Assembly: GCA_964016885.1 (NCBI GenBank)
Contig: OZ024741.1
Coordinates: forward strand, 208,444,001-208,508,000
From: Eledone cirrhosa
Lineage: Eukaryota
Length of the DNA stretch: 64,000 nt
Direction of reading: 5' to 3'
Part shown: positions 36,130 through 49,638 of the stretch, piece after piece
Layout: each line of letters starts with the position of its first letter
Position numbering within the stretch: position 1 is the first letter of the stretch
Translations under genes and position numbers: made by a program
Notes under the pieces: generated by a model
Database searches by the model: none
The model's input: the letters and a program-made list of their open reading frames with translations, nothing else
What the model was told of the DNA's origin: nothing

Positions 36130-39100
36130 GTCTACAGCGTGATAGTGCCACGCTAAAATCACCGAGGGTGATCAAATCACCGGTGGTTATGTAACCATAC
36201 ATTCACCAATCCTCGATAAGAGTGTTTCAATGTCGAACCTAAACAGTTCGAATAACGGTGAAGTGGAGACTGGAATGTCATATGACAGACTCTCACCCAG
36301 CAGGTGCTCCCTGGCTCAGCAACAGGGACCTGGCTGTCAACCAAATACTGCTGGTGTCGGAGGAAGAAGAAGGAAAGGGACCAGAACCAACTGGACGAAA
36401 GAATTGAATAGAACTGTTGTGCAATGTTACCTGAAGAGTAACCCCAAGGAAAAAGGCTATAGGAAACGGATGCATAACATCTGGAACGTGATTGGTCTAT
36501 TTGAATTAGATGAACAAAAATTGGCCGGGCAGGCTCGGGTAATAAGAACTAATGGGTGGATAAGCGAGCTGGAACTGGAGGAACTGAGCAGAGAGATTAG
36601 GTTGGAAATGGAGAGTGGAGTATGCCAGGCAAATGAGCCAGTGGGAAATGAAGGTGAAGAGGTTGAGAGAACGGAGGAACCATCCGAAGCAGACAATGAT
36701 CTGAATGCTGAAATAAATAATACCTAGAACAAAGATACGGCCATTGAGGAGATGAATGCTGACGGGCTAGGACAAGATTTGGTTGATATCCTAGACTTAG
36801 TGGTAGATGAAAGGAACAATGATAGTGGGAAACCTATGAACCTAAGATTTGTAGACAGGAAAAAGTTAAAAGAAACAACAGCTAAGGTAAACAAAGTCAT
36901 GCCATACTTTGAGGCGAGGAGCCTTCACCAGTGCAACAATATCCTCAAAGCAATAGCAAATGCGGTGAGGAAATTACTTGGCATAAAAGCGAGAGGAAAC
37001 AACAAACAAGAAAGATCAGAACCTTGGTGGAAGAAACGACTTAATGGTCAAATCAAGGAAATGAGAAATGACATTGGAAAGCTTGAGTCCCTACTGAATG
37101 GGACACTAAAAAACATAGACACTAAAAATAGACTAGAAATAAAGTACAAAACTAGTAGGAAAAGGCTAAATATTATCATAGAGGAACTGAAGCAACGTAT
37201 TGTAGCAAAGAGTGCAAAGATTAGGAGATACGAGAGCAGAGTCAGTCAGTATAAACAGAACTGCATGTTTGACAACAACCAGAAGATGTTGTTTGGACAG
37301 CTTGAAGGGAAAGAAAGAAGCAACGACTTGATCCCTGAGGCGGAACAAACTAAGACATTCTGGAGAGGAATATGGGAGCAGGATGTTAAACATAATGACC
37401 AGGCAGTGTGGATTGAGACAGTACAAAAGGAGATTAGTGAACAGGCACACCAACAAACTGATTTGAGTATCACAGTTGAAACTCTTAAAGGGCAGGCCAA
37501 AAAACTAACCAACTGGAAATTACCAGGCCCAGATGGTGTGCAGGGGTATTGGATCAAACATATAACATCCCTCCACCCGAAACTGACAACCATGTTCAAT
37601 GACTGCTTGATGTCAGATGGGGTACCAGAGTGGTTGACAAAAGGTACCACAGTTCTGGTAATGAAAGACCGAATCAAGGGTAATGATGTTACCAACTATA
37701 GACATATCACATGTCTGTCCGTAATGTGGAAACTGTTGACAAGCATTGCGTCCGAGGAAATCTACCATCACCTCCACACAAACAACTTGTTACCGGACGA
37801 ACAGAAAGGATGCCGAAAGCAGTCCCGTGGTACAAAGGACCAGTTACTTATTGATAAGATGGTAATGAGGAATTGCAAGAGGAGACACACTGGTCTTGCC
37901 ATGGGATGGATAGACTACAAAAAGGCATTTGACATGGTGCCTCATTCTTGGATCACCAAAAGCCTAGATATCTTCAAGGTGGCAGATAACATCAGACAGT
38001 TGTTGGGCAAATGTATGAAGTCCTGGAAAACAGAGTTAACATCAGCTGGAGAATCCTTGGGAGGCGTGAAGATCAAGAGAGGTATCTTCCAGGGAGATAG
38101 TCTGTCCCCTCTGTTGTTTGTCCTTGCCCTGATGCCCCTGACCATTATACTGCGAAAAGTGAGAGCAGGATACAAGTTGGAAAAGGGAGAGCTTACCATC
38201 AATCACCTCCTCTTCATGGACGATCTTAAGCTCTTGGGGAAGAGTGAGAAGGAGTTGGATGTGCTTGTTGACACTGTCCGTATTTTCAGCAATGATATAT
38301 GTATGCAATTTGGTATTAGTAAGTGTGGAGTCCTTGTCATGAAAAGTGTTAAATTGAGCAGAAGCAACGGAATCCAGGTACCAACAGGTGAGATGATAAA
38401 GGAAATTGACACTGAAGAAGGATACAATTATTTGGGTATTCTGGAGGCTGATGACATCAAGAACAAAAAAATGAAGGAATTGATAAGATCTGAGTTCATT
38501 AAAGTCTTATCTCAACAGTAGGAATGTCACAAGTGCAGTAAATTCCCGAGCTGTGTCTATTATTAGGTACAGTGCGGGAATTCTGAGATGGAATATTGCT
38601 GAACAAAAAGAAATGGATAGGAAGACTAGGAAGCTATTGACTATCTACAACATGTTCCACAAGAGGAGTGATGTCGATAGACTCTACTTAAGAAGATCTG
38701 AAGGTGGAAGAGGTCTTATCAGCATAGAGGACTGTGTTCAGATGGAGTAAAACAACCTACACAAATACGTCACCGATAGTAAGGAGCCAATGCTCAGAAA
38801 TGTACTGAAGGAGAGGACAATAGACCCGGGGATGTCCAAGGAGGAAATAACAACGAGGAGAAAGAGCAACCTTCATGAAAAATCCCATCATAGTAACTTC
38901 TTTGAGAAAACCGAATTCAAGGATTCACAGACATGGAACTGGTTGAGAAGAGGGGGCCTTAAAAAGGCTACAGAAGGAATGCTAATGGCTGCGCAAGAGC
39001 AGGCCCTCAAAACGAAGTGGCTGAAACACCATATTTACAAGGAGGAGGCTATCCCACTGTGCAGGATCTGTGGAGAGAGAGAGGAAACTGTGGCTCACAT

Positions 39101-39716
39101 TGTATCCGAGTGTAAACACCTAGCCCAGACTGACTATAAAGGCTGGAGACATGATGTGATGGGCAGAGTGATCCACTGGCACCTATGCAAAGTAAACATT
39201 TACCACATTCTGAGAAGTGGTATGAGCATAAGCCAGAGTCGGTGATGGAAAACGATCAGGTGAAGGTTCTGTGGCATTTTAGGATACAGACGGACAAGAA
39301 ACTGGAACACAATAGACCTGACCTGGTGGTTTTGGACAAGGGAAAAAATCGTGCCTGAGTGTGGATGTGGCCTGCCCATTCGACACGAGAGTGCAAGAGA
39401 AGGAGAGGGAGAAAATTAACCGATACCAGGACTTAAAGTGGGAGGTAAAAAGGATTTGGAACTGCCATGAGGTCAAAGTTGTCCCGATTGTCATAGGCGC
39501 ACTAGGTACTATCTCAAAGAGTTTCCAAGAATGGTTAAAGAAAATTGGTCGCGCCCCGCTTTTTGGAACACTTCAAAAGGCATGCTTGCTGGGAACAGCA
39601 AGAACTCTCCTGAATATCTGAGGCTGCAGGTAGTGGCTTGATATTCATTTCAACAAACTTTCCAGTTAACTAACATCAATGACTGAGACTCAAAGAATAA
39701 GAATAATAATAATAAT
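36130..39716 (+). mobile_element. R4/Dong-like non-LTR retrotransposon (RT + CCHC + restriction-like endonuclease), near full-length, (TAA)n tail
   Basis: N-terminal WTKELNR..GYRKRMHNIW. RT WIDYKKAFD, FQGDSLSP, FMDD. CRIC..ETVAHIVSEC..RHD. RPDL..DVACP..EKINRYQDL. Confidence 0.9.
36752..38521 (+). pseudogene. R4/Dong-like RT ORF (main segment)
   Basis: 589 aa with RT motifs; in-frame stop upstream at 36725-36727 and frameshifts downstream. Confidence 0.9.
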
Positions 39717-42700
39717 GATTTAATTTATTAACCACAAGGGCCAACATGTAGGGGACAATACAAAGACAGGGACAGTGGGGGTTTACAATAAGGTCGAGTA
39801 AAAGTGCACAATGGCAAGACTAATTTAACAATGAAAATATAAAAATATAAAATAAACTATGCATAAATATAACAAAATAAATTCCCCGATAGGGGGTGGA
39901 CGACTCTGGAGTGACTCGGGTACCCCACCAATCCTGAACCACCCTGCGCTTCTAGGGCACCCAGGGAGAGCACCCCTCTCCTCAAGTTAGCTAGCCTATA
40001 GGCGCATGGTCAGAGTAGGCCCTTTCACACGAAACATTCTCGCCACATTCACCCACCTTTTAGCAAATGTACTGGGGGGCGGCACTTCTCTCTCCACCCT
40101 CACCTTCCTTTCCAGGTGAAACTTGAAGAAGTTGATGAGGGATTGGCCGAAGAGAAAAGTGCCTGTCTTCAGTCCTTTTAACCTGGTCCACCATATAACC
40201 TCTTTCGCAACTGCCACCAGACAGAGGAAAATTTCCTGTTCTTCCTGACCTAAGGAAGACGGTGCATCAATCTTCACTATGGACTCGGCCGATAGCTGGA
40301 TTCGTTCCACACGCGACCGACAGAAGCTGTTCGAAATAACTCCACAAGTCAGTAATGCACGGACAATGGACAAGTGCGTGCACAACGGTTTCGTCGTTCT
40401 GTGCGCATCTTGGGCAGGTCCGTCTGACAGCACTTCCGTGCCTGTAGAGTTTATCCCGAACCGCCAGTGCCCCCCGGTAGCACTGCCAAGCGAGGTATTT
40501 CTGGAAATTGTCCATCGTCCCCGGCTCAAAAGTCCTCCGGTACAGACTGGTCAGTTCGACTTCGTCGACTCCCAGAGCCTCTCCGAGTGCGTCATCGTAC
40601 TTGCCCACCACTAATCCTCTATAGAACTCGAGAGTGAAAGTTCCACTGATCGCATTGCCCGCTTGGTAGAGGGCAGTGAGTGTCTGGCAACATTCCAGAT
40701 GCCAGTCACCCAGTCTCGGTCTCTTCTTGACCCAGGACTGCAGCTCAGTCAAAGAAATGAGCTGCGGAAAGGCCCGTCTGATAAACGGCGACCACACCTG
40801 TTCACCGTTTATGCAGAATATCTGGAGATGTCGCAACCTCAACGCATGTCTGTGCATCATTAGCCACGGCATGCCCAGCCCTCCGCGTAGAGGGTGCTGG
40901 CAGCAGATGAACCGCCACACCAACGGAACTTGTCCTCTCCACAAGAATTTGAAGAGGAGCCGTTCCAACTTGACGAGGTGCGAACGGAGACAAGAGACGA
41001 CAGTCAGACGGTAGTAGATGACAGACGCGATGTACGCGTTCGCCACCTCCGCGCGACCTTTCAGTGATAGCTTCCTCCCAGCCCATTTTTGGGTGAGACG
41101 GGCTACTCTGCTCGTTACCTCGTCCAAAATTCTTTTCCACCTGGAGATCTGGTCCGAACCAAACCCCGAGCAACTTTACCGGTCTGTCCGTCCAGCGCCC
41201 CACGATGCTGTTGGACGGCATTGCCTTACCTCTCCAGGTTTCGAGCTGCAAGCCCACCGACTTTTCCGGGTTAAGTTTGGCTCCTGTCAACCTTTCATAT
41301 TCCTTCAATAAGGTGCCGACCACCTCGATTTCTGTGGTGTTCGACACCATCACGGTGATGTCGTCCACATAAGCCGACACCGCCTTTCCACGTCCCTGTT
41401 CGAGCGGGATGCCCTGCAACAGGTCCAGCTTACGCAGTAAAGGCTCGAGAGTCAATACGTACAGAAGGGAAGAGAGAGGGCACCCTTGACGGACCGATCG
41501 GGAGAGCCGAAATGGTTCCGAGAGGTGGCCATTAACCTTGACCAACGGGCGTGTGCCGCTGTACATTGCAGCGATCCAGCTTCTGAAGACAGGGCCGAAG
41601 CCAGCTGCTTTGACACAAACTCCAGATACCGATGGTCGACCCTATCGAATGTTTTCGATTGATCTAAATTGATCAGTGCGCCACCGAAGCCAGGTTTACA
41701 CCCTACCCTCTCTATGATGTATCGCATGAGGTGGAGATTGTCGTGTATGGACCTGGCTGGGATTGCGCAAGTTTGCGCCTCCCCAACCAAATCCTCGACG
41801 ACAAGCGCCAATCTCTTTGCTAACACCTTGGCCAAAATCTTAAACTCTGTGTTGAGCAGAGTTATGGGCCTGAAGTTGTCTAATGTATCCCTCTCGTTCT
41901 CGTCTTTCCTTATCAGCGTCACCACTCCCCTGCTCACAGAACTGGGAATACTCCCATTCTGCTGCCAGTTGCAGTAAAGTGCTTCGAGGAGTTCGGAGAA
42001 CAAGTCTGGCATGTTTACGTAAAGCTCGTAGGGCAGGACATCCAAACCGGGTGACTTCCGCCTTATGCATCCGACAAGGGCGTCCTGAATTTCGGCTGAA
42101 GTAATCGGCCTTCCGCAGCGCTCAGCGTCGACCGTCGAGATGCGCGGCAAGCCGTCAAGATAGGGACTGAAATCCGCTACTCTCTCTGACTCGCCACTCT
42201 CCCCGAACAACCGAGCAAAGTGCTGGCGAAAGGCCTCACACATCCGCTTAGAATCGCTTATCTTGTTTCCGTCTCGGTCCGCCAAAGACCGAATTGTGGT
42301 TTTATTACCACGCTGCGCCTCCGCCACGCGGACCCATCGAACAGCTTTGGTTCCCTCGTTTCTCAGCGCACGCGCCTTAGCTCTGACAATGCAACCTTCG
42401 TGTTTCGCATTGAAGAAATGGTGTAATGCCATTCTCACCGCTAGCACGTCAATTGCAATGCCACTACAAATAGCCTCGTCTAACTTATCTACCAGCTCCC
42501 CCTCCTTTCTATTTTTCTCTAACGCTAGTTCTTTGCTGAACTCTATCGAAGTTACTCTAATCTCTCTTTTGAGAGCCCCCCCCCCCCCCACCATCTATTG
42601 TTGATGATCCCCCCTGTCAACTTTTGCTTAACTAAATTGTTGGCTCGGTCCCTGTAAGCCTTACGTGCCGGAAATGACATGTTCAGCTTCCAGTAACCCG

Positions 42701-43743
42701 GTCCTAACCTACGCGTTTTATCTAGGTCGATCGTACAGATCACAAATTTGTGATCTGAATAGGCGACCATTTTAAAAAGTGGGCAGCCCACACTATTTCT
42801 ATTTATTTTCCTAATGAAGATCCTGTCTATATACGATCTAGATAACCCATTCGGTTGGTCCAGGTCCACATTGGCACATTGGGGAAATCTAGTCGATACC
42901 TGTCAGACAGTTGGAACTGGCTGAGTAGGTGCTTGAGGCTTTTGCACCCCCCGCTCCTATCGGCTACTCCCACACAATCCCAGCGTGCGTCTAAGATGCC
43001 ATTCCAGTCCCCCGCTAACAGTAAAGGGCGAGACGTACCCAGAAAGGTCTCCAGGCGCCTAAAGAAGTCCGGTCGTCCGGCCCCTGTAGGGGCGTAGACG
43101 GCCAGCAGTCTAAGGGCACCACCTTCGCTACTGCTCACATCCAAGACCACCAACTTACCATCCGGGTCCCGGAAGATCGACCTTAGCTCGAGATCCAGTC
43201 CTTTCCTAAACAGCACTGCCCCCCCCCCCCCCATTCCCGGATCTGCTAACAGATGCGAAGATCTGATAGTCCTCGAAAATGGGGGTAGTGCGCGCGTGTC
43301 GGAAATCCTGGTCTCGCTGACGGCAATCACAACCATTTCTAGCGACCTGAGGTCGTTGAGCAGGCGACCCTGCTTCCAGGGTGACCCCAGGCCGCGAACA
43401 TTTAAACTTCCTATTCTTAATATGGCCATATTGGTAAGCTAAGTGAGAGAGGGAAGGTTTACTTACCTCCCGGGGTCTTGTGAAGGTCGGGTTGTTCGAC
43501 CTCCATGGTTGGTGGGGTTTCTTTTGGGAACCCCCTTAAAAGTCTTGATGTGGGTTTCACATTCGGGGTTCCCACGTTTTGAGGAAAGCTCTCTCGAATT
43601 TCTTTGAAGGAATTGAGTGACAAACGGACCAGAAGCAAATCTTCTGGCACCCAAAATGTGCTTATTTCAAAAATCTCCCCCTCTGTTTGAATGTCCTCGT
43701 TTTGTGCTAAGAGAGCCATCAGTTTATCGTTGGCCCTTCTGAC
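39717..43743 (-). mobile_element. Tx1-like element, 5'-truncated in late ORF1, (AAT)n on both sides
   Basis: ORF2 from 43429 (GSLNVRGL, AVSET, GDWN, YSDHK); RT DQSKTFD, RQGCPLS, AYVDD; frameshifted. Confidence 0.9.
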
Positions 43744-43780
<37 letters not shown>

Positions 43781-43782
<2 letters not shown>

Positions 43783-43971
43783 TGTTTCTACTTTAGGCAC
43801 AAGGCCAGCAATTATCCAGTGCATTACTGGTACTTTATTTTATCGACCCTGCAAGGATGAAAGGCAAAGTCAACCTCGGCGAGATTTGAACTCAGACCGT
43901 AAAGGGACGTAACTATGCTAAAAAGCATGGCGTGCGATTCTCTACCGATGCTGCCAATCCACCGCCCTCTT

Positions 43972-44002
<31 letters not shown>

Positions 44003-44187
44003 TAATAACTGTTTATACTTTAGGCACAAGGCCGGCAATTAACCAGTACATTACTGGTACTTTATTTTATCGACCTCGTAAGGATGAAAGCAAAGTCAAC
44101 CTCGGCGGGATTTGAACTCAGATCGTAAAGGGACGTAACTATGCTGGAAAGCATGGCGTCCGACCCTCTACTGATACTGCCAAACCA
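43781..44187 (-). mobile_element. Two tandem SINE copies with (ATT)n tails (43781-43970, 44008-44187)
   Basis: Minus-strand tggcagcatcggtagag, gagttcaaatc, cctttcatcc..ggtcgataaaataaagtaccag; both lack a middle segment present in the 33195 copy. Confidence 0.8.
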
Positions 44188-44188
44188 A

Positions 44189-45847
44189 TGCTTTCTTTAT
44201 TAACCACAGGGTTTTACATAAAGTAGACATTAAGGACAGTACAGGACAATACAGGACGGTACAAATGAGCATTTCTGCGTGTAAAAAACAAAAAAACAGA
44301 GGATGTAATAATATAACAATGAAAAATTCCCCAATAGGGGGGAGACTTCCGAGGGCCATCGTGGAGAAAGCCCATTAAAACAAAACCACGGTGACCCTGA
44401 CCACCAGGGCAATTGTCCTCTCCCAGTTTTCCACCTTCAATTTACAGGCATATACTCAGAGTAGGTCCACTCCTTCGGGCCATTCTTGCCTCTCTCACCC
44501 ATCTTTCAACAAAAAGCTGGGAAGAGAGCACTTCCCTCTCTACCCTGATTTTCCTTTTCAAATGAAATTGGAAAAAGTTAATCAAGGTATCACCGAAGAG
44601 GTAAGTGCTCGTCTTCAGCCCTTTCAAACGTGTCCACCATACTATCTCTTTTGCCATGGCCACCAGACAGATAAAAACTGCCTGCCCTTCCCGGCTAAAG
44701 GAAGAGGGTGGGGCAATCCTCACGATGGTCTCAGCTGATAATCGGATCCGTTCTACACGCGACAGCAGGTGTTCGACATAAACCCACAAGTCAGCAATGC
44801 TCGGACACTGGAAGAGTGCATGCAGGACGGTTTCATCGCCCTGCACGCATCTCGGACATGCCCGGTGACGGCACCTCCATGCCTGTAGAGTTTATCCCGA
44901 ACTGGCAAAGCTCCTCTGTAAGCACTGCCAGGCCAGGGATTTCTGGAAGTTGTCCATAGGCCCCGGCCCGAAAGTTCTTCCAAAGAGATTGGCTAGTTGA
45001 TTTTCGTCGACGCCTAGAGTTTCCCCAAGTACGTCGTCGCTCTTCCCCTCCACTAATCCTCTATAGAAAGCCAATGCGGAGTTTCCACCGATCACATTGC
45101 CCGATTGGCCGAGGGCTGTGAGCGCCTGAAGACATTCAAGGAGATGAGCTGGGGAAAGACGCGTCTAGCAAACGGCGACCACACCTGATCACCGTCGAGG
45201 AAGAGGTGGAGATGTCGTAGCCTGAGCTCGTGTCTGCGCATCATTAGCCACGGCATGCCCAGGCCTCCACGTAGCGGGTGTTGACAGCTGATGGACCGCC
45301 TGACCATCGGAGCGCGTCCCTTCCACAAAAAGCGAAAGAGCAAACGCTCCAGCGCAGTTAGGCGGGGTTTAGGACAAGGTACGACGGTCAGGCGGTAGTA
45401 GATGACGGACGTGATGTACGCGTTAGCCAACTCCGCTCGACCTTTCAGGGATAGCTTACTCTCCGCCCATTTCTGGGTGAGAGAAGCCACCCTGCTCGTC
45501 ACCTCGTCCCAGTTTTTGTCCGTCTGGAAGTCCGGACCGAACCAGACCCCTAACAATTTAACTGGTCCGTCCGTCCAGAGCCCGACGACGCCGTTGGACG
45601 GCATGGACCTGCCTGTCCAGGTGCCGAGCTGCAGGCCCACCGACTTTTCCTGGTTGATCATTGCTCCTGTCACCGCTTCGTATTCTCTTAGTGTAGTGCC
45701 GATCGCCTCGATGTGTTTGGCGTTCGACACCACTACGGTGACATCGTCCGCATATGCTGACACGGATCTTCCGCATCCTAGTTCGCGCGGGACCCCCCTC
45801 AACGTCTCCAGTTTGTGCAGTAATGGCTCGAGAGTCAATATGTACAG

Positions 45848-45848
<1 letters not shown>
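44189..45848 (-). mobile_element. Tx1-like element, 5'-truncated within RT
   Basis: AYADD, KLLGVWF, LSLKGRA, ETVLHALFQC; 3' end gtggttaataaagaaagcatt; (AAT)n at the 5' junction. Confidence 0.88.
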
Positions 45849-45882
<34 letters not shown>

Positions 45883-46291
45883 TTTATTAATACTTAATAT
45901 TTAATTTTGTATCAGAAATGTTATAGTTAAAACAAGAAAATGGTTACAAACAGCCAAATAATTTCACCAAATAATTTCACCACGACCACAAACAAAATAC
46001 AAACCAAAGCCTGCAGCAACACAATCACTATAGTACTACTATCCCATCACCACCGCCACCACTGCATCATCGCTACCACCACTATTTCCTCACTACCTAC
46101 TGTTAAGAGAGGGATGGTAGTAGTGTCTCTACAGATGAATAGAAGCGAGGAAGTCATCAAAATATATAAATAGACTGATTTAGTGACCCGGTCTAACAGC
46201 TAACAATAACAACACCAAAGTAATTATTGTTTTATCTCTAAGCTCTCTCAAAATGTTTAGTTTAAACGATGTCAAATCTAAACTATAATAT

Positions 46292-46354
<63 letters not shown>

Positions 46355-46735
46355 TGTGGATGTAGCCTGCCCTTTCGACACGAGAGTGCAAGAGAAGGAG
46401 AGGGAGAAAATTAACCGATACCAGGACCTAAAGTGGGAGGTGAAAAGGATTTGGAACTGCCATGAAGTCAAAGTGATCCCGATTGTCATAGGCGAACTGG
46501 GGACTATCTCCAAAAGTTTCCAGGGATGGTTAAAGAAAATCGGCCCCTTCACGCTTTTTGGAACGCTTCAAAAGGCATGCTTGCTTGGAACAGCAAGAAC
46601 CCTCGATACGTCCTGAATATCTGAGGCTGCAGGTAGTGGCTTGATACTCATTCCAACGGACTTTCCAGTTAACCAACATCAATGACTGAGATTCAAGGAA
46701 TAACAACAATAATAATAATAATAATAATAATAATT
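46355..46735 (+). mobile_element. 3' stub of the same R4/Dong family as 36130-39716, between (AAT)n runs
   Basis: VDVACPFDTRVQEKEREKINRYQDLKWE and the 3'UTR closely match 39361-39700. Confidence 0.9.
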
Positions 46736-49637
46736 CCCACAAGAAATCTACTTGGCAAGAGAACATCAATCGCCAAATAAACCTTCTCCGATCTGACATA
46801 GAAATTTTAACAAACTATAAAGTAGGTGAACATGTTAAACAAACTAAACTTAGAAAATTGAAAAAAAAGTACAGTATAAAATCAACATGTGACATAGACA
46901 TGCTGATAGAAATAATCAAGCAAAAAGTGTCGGCCAAAGCTGCTCGTATAAGGCGCTTTGAAAAACGATCTAGATTCTATAAGGACAATAATATGTTCAA
47001 AAATCCCCAAAGAAACTTCTACAGAAAAATTGGTAAGTCAACAATAACTGCTAAATCAATACCACCCAAGGAGGAAGTGCAAGAATTCTGGGAAAAGATC
47101 TGGGCCGAAGAAAAAGTTCATAACATACATGCCCCATGGATAGACAGACAAATGAAAGATACAGCTCACCTTCAGGAACAAACATGGGAAAATATAACAG
47201 TTGAACAGTTGCGCTTGGCTCTAAGAAAAACCAGCAAATGGAAATCCCCAGGAAAAGACAAAATACAAAACTTTTGGATAAATGCCTTCACAGAGTCTCA
47301 TGAGCTGTTAGCCCAACTTGAAATAGTTAAGGAGCCAGAAAAGATACCTTCATGGCTAGTTAACGGCATTACATTCCTGCTTCCGAAGAATGATGAGACA
47401 AACAATCCCAAAAATTACAGACCGATAACTTGCTTGACCACAATGTATAAAATTTTAACATCAGTCCTAACTGAATACACATATGACCACCTGATAACAA
47501 ATGACCTATTTCCCATTGGGCAGAAAGGGTGTAAACGGGGCTCATATGGCTGTAAGGATCAGCTTCTGGTTAACAAAATGATACTGGAAGATTGTCATAA
47601 TAGACACAAAAATCTATCGATTGCTTGGATAGATTATAAAAAAGCATTCGATAGTTTGCCACACAGTTGGATTGAAAAATGTTTAGAGATTTTCAAAATA
47701 TCCCCCGTTGTCAGGAGGTTTTTGTCATTCAGTATGAAGACATGGAAAACGACACTCCTTTTGAATAGTGAAACAAAATCACTGGAAGCTGGAGAAGTTA
47801 ATATTAATTGTGGAATTTTTCAGGGTGACTCTTTATCACCGCTTTTATTCTGCATCGCACTTATACCATTAAGTAAAATGCTCAATGAAACAAAACATGG
47901 ATATAAAGTCTATGACAAAACCATTAATCACCTGTTCTACATGGATGACCTGAAACTATTTGCAAAAAATGATGAACAATTGCAAGGGCTATTATCCACT
48001 GTGAAGCAGTTCAGTGATGACATTAAAATGGAGTTTGGACTAGATAAATGCGCCAAAGCAACGTTCACCAGAGGAAAGCTGCTGAAGAGTTCAGACATTA
48101 ATCTTGATTGGGGGAACGTGATAAGAGAACTTGATCAAGAAAAAACTTACAAATATCTAGTTGTTTGTGAAGGAGACGGAATCAAGCACTCGACAATGAG
48201 GGAAAGGATAAGGAAGGAATGTTACCGCAGAGTAAGAGCAATCTTAAGAACAGAATTGAATGCAAGGAATAGGATCGATGCCATAAACACGCTTGCCATA
48301 CCTACAGTTACAATGTCATCAACTGGTCAAGCACAGAGATCCATAGGCTCGATACAAAAATTCGAAAATTCTTAACCATGCACAGAATGCATCACCCTAA
48401 GGCAGATATAGATAGAATATATCTCCCTAGGAAAGAAGGAGGACGTGGGTTAATCCAGTTAGACATTGCGTTGAAAACTGCAACAATTGGATTATCTACA
48501 TATCTAAGGGAATCACATGATTGGATGATCAAACTCGTTTTGAAACACGAAAGCATCAAAAGATCATATTCCATTACAAAAGATGCACAAAGATACAGTA
48601 ATGGACTACAAATTTCAGAAGTCCCACTTACTGCTGAAATGGAAAACACAGAAAAAGCAAAGCAGGTAAAAGTAACTGCAAAGAAAGAACTGCTACAGAA
48701 ACTGGCTAAGAAATAGCAAGAAAAGCCTCTGTATGGAAAATACCCAGAGCGAGCTAACAATCCTGATGTTGACAAAACTTTAACCCATCAGTGGTTGGCA
48801 TCCTCTGGACTGAAATCGAAGACTGAAGGACTGATTATATCGGCACAAGATCAGTGTCTGCCAACAAAAAATTACCAAGCCAACATAATAAAAAATGGGT
48901 GCAGCCCATTATGCCGTGTATGCAAAAAACAACCAGAGACCATTGACCATATTGTTTCAATGTGCAGTCCTATAGCTCCAACCGAATACCTAAACAGGCA
49001 TGACAGAGCTGCACAATACATACATTGGATAATGTGTAAGCATTTTGACCTGCCCCATCAAAAGAATTGGTGGGAGCATCAACCACCACCCATACTTGAA
49101 AAAGATCACATCTCAATCTTGTGGAACTTTAGCATCCAAACAGACCGAAAAATAGATGCAAACAGACCTGATATAATATTGAAAGACTTTCAAAAGAGGG
49201 TATGCCTGCTAATTGATATATCTGTTCCAATAGACAAGAATGTATCTCTAAAAACATTTGAAAAATTGAGCAAGTATAAGGACCTGGAGATAGAAATTGG
49301 AAAAATGTGGAAATTGAGAACTAAAACAATACCAGTGGTTGTAGGCGCTCTGGGAATGATACCTAAGGGGTCTAATGATTACTTATCGCAAATCCCAGGA
49401 AACCCGCGTATAGGAGAAATACAAAAGATAGTACTAATGGGAACTGCCCATATACTAAGGAAGATTCTGTCAATATAAGTACATCACAAGTCTAAACACT
49501 AAAGATGCATGTGTGAATATGTATGTTCTTTCTTGAACATGGCGGACCTTGTTGTCTCTTGAGGTCACTGGTTGTGACTTGGTGATAACTCGTATGAACA
49601 TAAAGCAAGATAAATGCAACTGTAATAATAATAATAA
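46735..49637 (+). mobile_element. Second R4/Dong-like family, 5'-truncated, (TAA)n tail
   Basis: RT ORF 46858-48375 (WIDYKKAFD, FQGDSLSP, YMDD). RLE ORF 48795-49478 (CRVC..ETIDHIVSMC, RHD, RPDI, EKLSKYKDL). Confidence 0.92.
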
Positions 49638-49638
49638 T

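Noticed and set aside
43439-43466. Mini-intron fusing ORF1 to ORF2 (gtaagt..cacttag)
   Set aside because: Only 28 nt, and the copies at 28039, 53341 and 60059 have no AG before the ORF2 ATG.
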